Assembly: GCF_964204645.1 (NCBI RefSeq)
Contig: NC_134032.1
Coordinates: 9,102,275 to 9,166,274 of the forward strand
Length of the DNA stretch: 64,000 bases
Direction of reading: 5' to 3'
Source: Tubulanus polymorphus
Taxonomy: Eukaryota; Animalia; Nemertea
The position numbers and the translations under genes were made by a program. Of this stretch, positions 11,642 to 21,849 are shown one piece after another; the first letter of the stretch is position 1, and each line of letters begins with the position of its first letter. Under the pieces are notes generated by a model. That model had not been told where the DNA came from. It saw only the letters and a program-made list of their open reading frames with translations, and made no database searches.

Positions 11642-12287
11642 TACTTACTCACTTAATCCTCTTCATCCCATATGGGACATAAGGCCATGATGAACTTCTT
11701 CCAATTGGACCGGTCCTTAGCTGTGTTTTGAGCCTGGTCCCAGATAAGACCAGCTGGTTATCCTGTTGAGCCAGAATATGCGACATATTTTTCGAAGACA
11801 TCGATTGTGGAAGGTGTTAAGTTTGTCCGTGTCACTTTTGATGATTCGTAAACATTCTGCTCCATAAGGAAGAACTGACTTGCATTGCTGTTATACAACC
11901 TCAGTTGTGTCTTGAGACTATACTGTTGGGACTTCCAAATAGTTTGAAACTGTGTTAAAGCTCCACAGGCTTTGCCTTAATGGATCTCAATGTTTTTTTC
12001 AGTGCCACTGTCTTTACTGATCAGGCTTCCAAGGTAGACCGAATCTCCGACATCCTCAATATTTTCATCGTCGATTTCCACTGGAGTTTCGTTGGCATTC
12101 AAACTATAGCTTTAGTATTTGAGATGTTTACATTTAACACAGTCTGCTTTAAGAATTAATTCAGTCTGTTGGTTTTTTCCTGCATATCATTGTGTTTAGT
12201 AGACAAAGCTCTTCAGACAAGTATGTTCAGTGGTCTTTCTCATAACCCAACCAATAGTGATGAGAAAGAGTATTGTTGATGATAATG
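11642..12287 (-). mobile_element. RTE-clade LINE, 3' part (degenerate)
   Basis: Minus-strand ILFLITIGWVMRKT..YLGS..LLYGAE(C)..AKDRSNWKKFIMALCP* followed by a short gtaa/gtga tail. Confidence 0.85.
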
Positions 12288-14473
12288 ATTAATTTATTTC
12301 TTTATTATACAACAAGATACAACAGTTGAATGTTTAGAAATGACCATCTGACTTTATTTATATCTAAGCCCTATTTATATCTAAGCCCTTAATCCAGGAG
12401 CCAATCAGAGGCCGCCGCGATATTAGTGTTTATACCTCGGGTTATACCTGGGTGGCCTGGTCCACTGGATTAATTAAGTGCTAAAGTGCGTATTGGACTT
12501 TTAACTTTGAATTATTTTCACACAAAATATATAATAAGAATGATTCCACACAAGATCTAAAGTAAAGTACATGAACATTTCGATGTTTTAATACATACAC
12601 CACTGTGATATTATCCACAAACAAATTTACGATTGTTTCTTTGAAACTCCAGTATTCAACCGCGCCAAAAATTCACCAATGAAAATGTGAGGCGACTCAA
12701 ACTCGCTGGTATAAAGCGTATCATTATACAAACAGCCAATATCCCGCATTGATGCATCAGTGTATAGCGTCTCTTCTTTGTCATAGTAGCATTTACAAGT
12801 GTCCAATTCGATTACGTAACGCAACACGTACTGAATCATTGTGTCAAACTCTCCTGTGAGTTAGGCAAATCATTATGTCGAACTCTCCTGTGAGTTGGGC
12901 AACAGGCCAGCGTAACGTTTGCGCTATGAACAATACATAACCACAAATTCTCGTCACCTATTTCGCGGTCACAATGGCAGCGGCTGCTTGTTGCAGCAAT
13001 AGATATAGGGAACGCTTTCGCTTATATCCTAGCATAATTTCTCCACTGTGCGAATAAAATACATAATCCTAGGTACTTAATTCTTTGAGTCGGTTCCGTA
13101 ATGCTCTTCTTTCGATTAACGGTATACCAATCTCTTCTTCTGGTTGTTGAATTTAGCTCTCAGTATCCAAACGCAATTGATCAGGACCCAGTTCCACAGT
13201 TCTGAGTTAGATTTAACTTTGAGTTAAAGTTAGTTCATTTTCATTGAGTTAACTCAGAGTTAAATCTTAACTCACAACTGTGGAAGTGGACCCAGGGCCT
13301 CGATTTTGCAACAGTATATCATGAATGTATATCTTAAACCATACGCTTGTAAGACTACTGACTAACGCTCCATAGAAACATTGTGAAAGCCACGGTCCGC
13401 ACGCATGCCCTAATGGCATTCTAGTAAATTGGTAGTAACCCCTTCGATAGTGTAATCCTAAGGGCTTTCAAAATTCTCATCAATTGGCATGTGCAGAAAC
13501 GCGTCAGAAATATCAATCTTCGTAAAGAACATATTCTGTTCTTTATTATCTAACGCGGACGCCACAGTAGGTAACTTGAACGGGGAGGCTTCAGCAACGG
13601 AGTAGTGTCAGACATATCGTAAATTGGTCGCATAGACCCGTCAGGTTTCCCCATTTATATGTCCTGTGACATAGTATTGGGTCAGTTTCTTTAGTTGGTT
13701 CGATGTGCCTTGATTCACTGAAACCTCATCTATCTGATCGATAATGCCAGAGGCCTTAGTTTCATGGTACATATGTCTGTACCCAGGTTTAATGTTTAAC
13801 CTGTATCCATTTTTGATGACAGCATTGACCACGTGGTCTTACGTACTGTTGGTAAGATGCGAGAGATTTTTCTTAGTTTGTAGAATAACCCCGGGAGTTT
13901 CTGCTTCCCATAAATTAGCCGCTGAACCATATCTTTAGGTCCAGAGTCCGAGTACTCATCCAGTGGAATCAATTCTTCGACCGGTAAATCCTTAACGGGA
14001 TGATCTCCAAGGGGTTCCCTGCAAATCATGCCGGACATCTGCATCAGGCTCGAACACTGGTAACCATTCATCTGGCCAATCTTCGAAACCACTATTCGGC
14101 TGCATCTATCTGTTGTAGCAGCTCGTCTGTGATGTCTTCAATATCTTCTGACACATCAAAACATCATATAATTCAGCAAGTCAACAAAATCATCGGGCAT
14201 ATCAAGTTCAGCTTGGATTTCTGCTAACATCGTAGCATCATCTTCATCGTTGCCAGGTAAAATTCTAAACGGAATCTTTGGTGCCTTTCTTCTTGAAAGG
14301 TTTGAACCTGGCTTGCTTCTACGTCTAAAAGGGCTGGACCGGAGGCTTCTTTTCTTTCTCAGGCTTAACTTCCTTGAAGACCACTGGATCTATGATGATA
14401 CCGGCTTTCTTTACAGCTGTGTGTTTGGCATCAGCTATGGCCGTGGGGCATCCATGAGTCATCACAACAGTAT
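12288..14473 (-). mobile_element. Degenerate DIRS-/hepadnavirus-like RT-RNaseH retroelement without recombinase, inserted in the RTE LINE
   Basis: Across frameshifts: VIKNGYRL, KPDGSMRPIYD, FKLPTV, KIDISDAFLHMPI, YQFTRMPLG, YIHD (YxDD position), NRKKS..P..IKYLG, LYTDAS, HIFIGEF, VDNITVV, NPVD, stop at 12442. Upstream ORF has a basic C-terminus. Confidence 0.8.
13185..13292. mobile_element. Short palindromic MITE inserted in the RT
   Basis: ccagttccacagtt.tgagtt / aactcacaactgtggaa.tgg ends, flanked by CAG on both sides. Confidence 0.75.
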
Positions 14474-15500
14474 CAAACCTGACGTACACCAGACTTCAAA
14501 CCATTCTGTAAGATTATTTTCTAGGATGATACTGCATACAAAATGATGCTAGAAGAGTTTGATCATAGTAGCAATTCCATATGCTCTTAGTATTTTCCAT
14601 AGAGATTATCGATGAATGCTGTAAAAAGCCTTCTGAAATGGATGAACTTAATGTACAGTGAAGCATTTCATTCTGCACATTGCTCGATGTTTCTTAATGC
14701 TAAGATTTGGTTGATTGAGATGCGCCCTTTCTTTAATAGCACCATCAATATGGGACTGCATACCTGCATACTGAATACCTTGCTTGGAATTGTGAGTATG
14801 GTGATCCCTCTCCAATTATCACAACCTTGAAGATCTCCTTTCTTAGGGATATTGACAATGAGTCCCTTAGTCCAGTTGCTAGGGATGAAGGCTTCCTCCC
14901 ATATTGATGCAAACAGATTGGTGAGGACTGCAGTTGCCATTTTCACATTACCTTTCAGGTCTCAGCGTAGATACAGTCAATGCCAGCCGCTTTCCCACTT
15001 TTCAGGGATCTGATGGCTTTTCTTACTTCTGCTGCAGTTGGAGAACTGGTGTCTCGCTCTAAATCTGCTTGTGCTGGTTCAGGGTTGTCAGGGTTGTCTG
15101 GTTCATGTCATCATTCTTACCTTTGATTTCCATTCTTATCTTTAATTGCTGCTGACTGGCTGGAGTTTATCTTCCCACATAATTGTTTTGTGATATTGTA
15201 TACATGGCTCATTTCACCCCAAGCAGTGGCCTCTTCAGCTTCAGTTTCTAGGTTTTCAACGTAGTTTCTCTTGTCTCTTCTGGCACTTTTCTTCACGTCT
15301 TTGTTTTTCCATAGAGTATAACTTTTGGAAGGTTTGATCTGGTTTTTTAATCTAGGCGACTTGGCTTTGAGCAAGTTTTTCATCAGCTCTCTATGCTGTT
15401 TGTCTTTGACCATGTTTCTTTGATGATCCACTCTTTGTCTTTCTTCTTCTGGTGACCAAGGGTTAATTTCAATGTTTCTTCTTAGGCTGTATTTTTCATT
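14474..15500 (-). mobile_element. RTE-clade LINE, upstream RT part (degenerate)
   Basis: VKKSARRDKR, IPKKGDL..CDNWRGITIL..PSKVF, QILALRNI.EQ, GVRQG; continues directly into the 12287 segment. Confidence 0.88.
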
Positions 15501-15504
15501 TACC

Positions 15505-16740
15505 ATTTGTTTGGTTCACGGCCCTGGTTTGGTGACCGGAGTCAATATTTGGTTCACGGCCGTGGTTTGGTGACCAAAGAGTCCGTTAGGTTCACGGCCC
15601 TGGTTTGGTGACCTGTGAGTCAACAGTCTGGATCCCGGCCCTGGTTTGGTGACCAAAGAGTCAATGTTTGGTTCACGGCCCTGGTTTGGTGACCAAAGAT
15701 TCAAAGTTTGGTTCACGGCCCTGGTTTGGTGACCAAAGATTCAATGTTTGCTTCACGGCCCTGGTTTGTCGACCAAAGATTCAATGTTTGGGTCACGTCC
15801 CCGGTTTGGTGACCAAAGAGTCAATGTTTGCTTCACGGCCCTGGTTTGGTGACCAAAGAGTCAATGTTTGCTTCACGGCCCTGGTTTGGCGACCAAAGAT
15901 TCAATGTTTGGGTCACGTCCCCGGTTTGGTGACCAAAGAGTCAATGTTTGCTTCACGGCCCTGGTTTGGTGACCAAAGAGTCAAGCTTTGGTTCACTGTC
16001 CTGTACTGGTGACCAAAGATTCAAAGTTTGGTTCATGGCATGGTTTGGTGACCAAAGATTCAATGTTTGCTTCACGGCCCTGGTTTGGTGACCAAAGATT
16101 CAATGTTTTGGTCACGGCCCTGGTTTGGTGACCAAAGAGGCAATGTTTGCTTCACGGCCCTGGTTTGGTGACCAAAGAGGCAACCTTTGGTTTACTGCCC
16201 TGGTTTGGTGACCAAAGAGTCAAGCTTTGGTTCACTGTCCTGTAATGGTGACCAATGTTTCAAAGTTTGGTTCATGGCATGGTTTGGTGACCAAAGATTC
16301 AATGTTTGCTTCATGGCCCTGGTTTGGTGACCAAAGATTCAATGTTTTGGTCACGGCCCTGGTTTGGTGACCAAAGAGGCAATGTTTGCTTCACGGTCCT
16401 GGTTTGGTGACCAGAGAGGCAACCTTTGGTTTACGGCCCTGGTTTGGTAACCAAAGAGTCAAGCTTTGGTTCACTGTCCTGTAATGGTGACCAATGATTC
16501 AAAGTTTGGTTCATGGCATGGTTTGGCGACCAAAGATTCAATGTTTGGGTCACAGCCCTGGTTTGGTGACCAAAGATTCAACTTTTGGTTTAGGGTCCTG
16601 GTTTGGTGACCAATGCGTCAGCATTTGGTTCACGGCCCTGGTTTGGTGACAAAAGAGTCAGTTTGGTTCATGGCCTTTGTTTGGTGACCAAAGATTCAAC
16701 GTTTGGTTCACGGCCCTGTTTTGGTGACCTGAGAGTCATT
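15505..16740 (+). repeat. 40-bp satellite array (~30 copies) with higher-order structure
   Basis: Unit ggccctggtttggtgaccaaagagtcaatgtttggttcac; variant ttcactgtcctgta recurs every 239 bp. Confidence 0.95.
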
Positions 16741-18636
16741 CAGGTGGGGTGCAGAAACGAATGCAGAAACGAAGCAATATATTTAAAAGATGAAATATAG
16801 GTTGGCATCTCTGCTCCTCATTTGAACCTGATGGCTACACTCACCCACAGCATGAACCCCTGCCACGCTAGGTCGGGGGCAGGAACATGTGCAGCTTTGC
16901 CACATGAAAACTTGCAGCACCAATCAGATTGCTTGTTGTATAATCGCCGAGTTCAATTTCACAGAAGATCTATAAATGGGAAAACCCAACTAAAATAAAA
17001 CAGGATTTCTGATTTGATAATAATGACATCATCTAAGCTGTGCGTGTATGTGTGCACTCTGTCTAGTGTGACAGGGTTTTGTACCGTGACAGTCTTTATG
17101 ACATCAGGTTCGAATCCCTGCTGGGGGAGGATGGTTTTTTACTGGGTATCATCTTTTGATAATCATGCAGTAAATAACAGAAATATGCACCGAGGTGGTG
17201 CTAGCGGACGAACAAGCAATTATCAATAAACAAACTAGTAATAACTAAACTAGCAATAAGCATATGGCAATTAGCAACTAGCAACTGGCATGTCCCTAAA
17301 CGCTTCCATATGAATCAGCGGCCGTGAATCGGCAGCACCAATTGAATTCTGCGGACTACAAATCAGACAAATTAATTCAATACGGATTTTATCGCTTGCA
17401 AGTTGTTCAAGATCGAGGAATCGTTCATGCAGAAAACCCGTTATTGCTAGTTGTTAGAGATTGCGGAATAATTAATGCAGAAAACCCGTTATCGTTGCTT
17501 TACAGCTATATTTCTCATCCCTGAAGATGAATATTATTGTCGCGCAAATCCGAGGTCACATTGTCAGACGATATTATTTTTTTCCTTATCATTGTATCAA
17601 TGGTTAGTTTTATTTCTCTTTGTTACAATTATTTTGCCATTTTTCACGATCATATCAGTTTATTTGAAAGTTGTTTCATCATCAGCAGTTTAAGTATTTG
17701 AAATTTTATCAATGCTTCGATTTGTCAGTTTTTATGATGAAGCTCTTTGACGTTTGTTTGATCAACGCATTATTCCAGACTCTAATCTACGTTATTGACG
17801 CATTATAGTACAGATTGTGAACCCATTTAGGGTTCAAAGCCACCACAACAACCATGTCGCAACAACTTTTCAGCGACATGACGCCGAAAACTTTTCCCAC
17901 ACTCTAGCAACAACGATGCAGCTTCATGCGCTGCGTCTGTCACTATCGTACAGGGATGAAAATCTTCCGACCATAGACGGATTTCCGACCTTTTCTAACA
18001 TTTTCTTTATTCCTGAGAACAGTGTAAATCACCTCAATCGCTTTAATCACCTAAATCACGGGCGTCACATCGGAGCGCTCCGTAGTTAGGAGTGCTCCTT
18101 AAGACGGTTTTCGGCAGTTGTTAGAGCAACTGTGGAGTCGAAGAAACCAATATGGTGTTTCATTCAAAAAGCGGCTCTAATTCAGGCCCAAACTATTAAC
18201 ATTTTGACCAAAAGGAAGTAAGTTTTTTGGCTAAGAGTTACTGATTTTTGTTCCCCAAAACAGGCGCACACTCAGGTGAACATGCCGCATTGCATCAAAA
18301 ATATCAAGCATGTTAGATATTGGCGGAGAAAAAAAACCGACAAAAACCGGCTAGCAATTACCCCCACAGACTAGGTTATTTTGACGGTGGTGTACTTGCG
18401 GTGGCTTTGATGCTAGTGTACGGCCCACTTAAGCTTTATACATTTGATCATGTGGGTGACCGTGTCTGATCAATCCATTATGGCCAGGTTTCAAAACATG
18501 CAACGCTCAATTTCATGTTATGTGCATTTTGATCAGCAGTGACCATTTCAATTGGATAATGGCTAAAAACTGCTCCGCATATAATGTTTTAAATATCTCA
18601 GTTATTCTTAGTTTAATGCCAACTTAGTATAGTACT

Positions 18637-19405
18637 GAACCAGGGCCGTGAAACAAACTTTGCATCTATTCTTAACAAACCTGGCCCATGAAACTCGCCT
18701 TAAATGAGGGCTGTGAGCCAAATATATTCTCATGTTATAAACCAAAGCCATGAGCTAAATTGACCCTCCGTGGTCACCAAAACAGGGCTGTGAACCAAAC
18801 TCTAAATCTTTGGTCACCAAACCAAGGCCTTGAACCACTGACTCCTAGGTCACCAAACCAGGGCTGTGAACCAAACTAACTTTTTCGACACCAAACCAGG
18901 GCCGTGAACCAAATGTTGACTCTTTGGTCACAAAACCAGGGCCGTGAACCAAATGTTGACTCTTTGGTCACCAAACCAGGGTCGTGAACCAAACTTTGAC
19001 TTTTATGTCAACAAACCAGGGCCGTGGACTAAACATTGACTCTTTGGTCACCAAACCAAACTAACTTTTTCGACACTAAACCAGGGCCGTGAACCAAATG
19101 TTGACTCTTTGGTCACCAAACAAGGGCCGTAAACCAAACTTTGACTTTTATGTCAACAAACCAGGGCCGTGGACTAAACATTGATTCTGATGTCACCAAA
19201 CCAGTGCTGTGAACCAAACTTTGACTCTTTGGTCACCAAACCAGGGTCGTGAACCAAACTTTGACTCTTTGGTAATAAAACGAAAACCTTGAACCAAGCT
19301 GACTCTGGTCACCAAACCAGGGCCATCAACCAAAAGTTGGCTGCTTGGCTACCAAACCAGGGTCATCAACCAAACTTTGAATCTTTGGTCACCTAACCAG
19401 GGGCC
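18637..19405 (-). repeat. Same 40-bp satellite, inverted orientation
   Basis: Unit ggtcaccaaaccagggccgtgaaccaaa..ttgactcttt; more degenerate at the left edge. An isolated partial monomer lies near 20772-20798. Confidence 0.93.
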
Positions 19406-19635
19406 CATGAATAAAATGTTCATAAGCTATAAAAGTCTATAAGAACACAATTTATTTCTGTTGTCTTCACGATTCTATTTGAGAATGAAATGATTAACGT
19501 GGAACTAAGGATGTTGTTAATGTAGGAATCATCTGTATACAATGTGTAATATCAGTGCTGCTACTACTGGTTGGTTGGTTTTATTGGCAGCTGTGAGGGT
19601 TTCTAATTAACAAACATGTTGCTGCCATTCATTTA

Positions 19636-19693
19636 TTTACAAGACATATACATTTGACATCTATATATATGTCAAATTTATATGTCTTGTAAA

Positions 19694-19739
<46 letters not shown>
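19636..19739. repeat. 58-bp near-perfect palindrome followed by (TA)n microsatellite
   Basis: tttacaagacatata.atttgacat / atgtcaaat.tatatgtcttgtaaa, then ~22 TA units. Confidence 0.9.
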
Positions 19740-19742
<3 letters not shown>

Positions 19743-19859
19743 CCCAGTTGGAACTGATAAGTGCCAGTGAGAACACAAATGATAAAATGAGAAAAGCCAT
19801 AAGAAAAAGCCATATGAAAAGAAAAATATTAAGCAAATGTAAAACAGTATGAAATGCTG

Positions 19860-20053
19860 ATATAAAGAGCGGGGTCTGAGAGAAATTCGAAGGTCGAGTG
19901 TCCTGCTGGCCTAGATGGCGGGCAGGGGTCTTTTCCTACCTCAACTCAAAAGCACAGAGAAGAATATAAAGAGTGAGGTTCGAGAGCAATTCGAAGGTTT
20001 AGTGTCCTGCGCGCTTAGATGGCGGGCAGGGGTCTATTCCTACCTCGACTCAA
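19860..20053. repeat. Two diverged copies of a ~90-bp unit
   Basis: tataaagag..aattcgaaggt..agtgtcctgc..tagatggcgggcaggggtct.ttcctacctc.actcaaa occurs twice. Confidence 0.85.
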
Positions 20054-21049
20054 ATTCTGTGTGCTGAAACAAAAAAAGAGTGAAAAAGAAAAGAGGAAAA
20101 ATGGCAAATGATGAAATATGGCTGGAGTTTTATTCTTTCCGCTGGCTTCAAGTGAACACTTAAAAAGACAATGAAACAGATTGTTTATCTATTATCTATT
20201 ATCTATGTTATAACATATAGACATAGGCAGTTTCTAAACATTGATTGATTAATCTTATGCAAAGGCTTCCATGAAACAACTCGCTCATATAAAGCCTCTA
20301 GCAGTAGTAGTAGTAGACAGATAGAAATGTTTAATCTCACTATCAACTATCCTTAGTCCACAATGGTTTTGTTATGAGAATGATGACATGTTAAATTCGT
20401 GAAGCAACATCAATAGCCTTGTTAGTGTTTGATCTATCCGAATCAGCCATCATTCTTGTCCTTGGTTTGTGTTTGCCCTCCACACAATATTGTCAGTGTT
20501 GAGGTTTGGACTGGTTCTGGTGACCCTACATTCTTCCCTCCCTAACAACAATGTTAGTTTAGTTCGGTTTGATAATTCAGACACCTCTACAACTGAAACT
20601 CACGCCGAAACTCACACTTCATTGGATAAAATGTAATCTATTTACAGCAACATTCCGTGAAACTTAAATTGATTTTATATTCATAAATTGATTTTATATT
20701 CATATAATTACTAATTGGAGGGGTAAGAAAAAATATAAAGGAATGATTTGAATAAATCCTAATAAGAATCAAAGTTTGATTCACGGCCCTGGTGACCAGT
20801 TGATCGTTGAACGAATCATCTATAGAAATGAGGCCTTGTGATTTTCGACACTGTGATTAGTTTGTGAACTTATATTTGATCATTTGAATTCCTTCATCTC
20901 TGAGTCTTGTGAATGATCAAATGGATTAAGTATTTATATTTGTTAATTCAATTGATATGATCGTGAAAAATGGCAAATCCTTTTTGAGGTATTGTACGGA
21001 TGAGTGATGTCATAGGAAGAGACGAAACAGTTGAGGAGGCTTGATGGGA

Positions 21050-21513
21050 GCGGGCATTGAGGGAGGCTAGGTGGGCGGGCATTGAGGGAGGGCTTGGTGG
21101 GTGGGCATTGAGGGAGGGCTTGGTGGAAGGGCATTGAGGGAGGGTGGGAGGTATGGGCCAGGGGGTCGGAGGGATGGGGTCTGGGAGGGAGGGCAGGAGG
21201 GATTGGTCAGGGCGGGAGGGTAGGAGGGAAGGGATCTGGGAGGGAGGGATGGGGATGGGCCTGGGAGGGCGGGAGGGATGGGGTTTGGGAGGGCGGGAGG
21301 GAAGGGGTGTGGGAGGGCGGGAGGGATGGGGTCGGGAAGGGGTCTTGGAGGGTGGGAGGGAAGGGGTCTGGGAGGGGGAGGGAAGGGGTCTGGGAGGGGA
21401 GGGAGGGTGGGAGGGAAGGGGTGTGGGAGGGCGGGAGGGAAGGGATCTGGGAGGGGGGAGGGAAGGGGTCTGGGAGGGTGGGAGGGATGGGGTCTGGGAG
21501 GGGAGGGACGGGA
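21050..21513 (+). repeat. G-rich minisatellite, same family as 8409-8965
   Basis: gggagggcgggaggga(a/t)ggggtct units, preceded by gggcattgagggaggctt units. Confidence 0.92.
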
Positions 21514-21780
21514 GGTTAGATGGGTTGAATTGTTACGATATTTTAGTTAGATGGATGGGAATTGTGAAGATGAGAGAACAAACCACTGTTCGATCACCGG
21601 ATGAAGTAATGCAGTAATCTGTACTCTGTATCTGCACACAATGTTACATGTTTCTGTAACTGTTCAAACAGTCCGAAATCTACAGCAAAATTGTGACCAC
21701 ATTAGATTGTGACGAAGGAACATAATTGATAGCAGTTTTTTACAGTTGTTGTTAACTTATTGACTGCAGGGAACAGTTTC
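21514..21780 (-). repeat. Inverted copy of 8146-8408
   Basis: Reverse-complement similarity over ~260 bp. Confidence 0.85.
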
Positions 21781-21849
21781 TAATTGATAGAAGACTTTGA
21801 GATATTACTTGCTGCTCTGTTGTCACTGATTATTGTCGCTTTTTCTTTT

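Noticed and set aside
16800-16910. HDV-like ribozyme at the RTE 5' end
   Set aside because: Only a simple cctgcc/ggcagg hairpin; the nested double pseudoknot could not be built.
17100-17125. tRNA gene (also the B-box at ~27725-27742 on the minus strand)
   Set aside because: Isolated GGTTCGAATCCC B-box without a cloverleaf.
15505-19405. CRISPR array or Foldback transposon
   Set aside because: Units are contiguous with no unique spacers and no cas genes; the outer ends of the two arrays are not complementary and no TSD was found.
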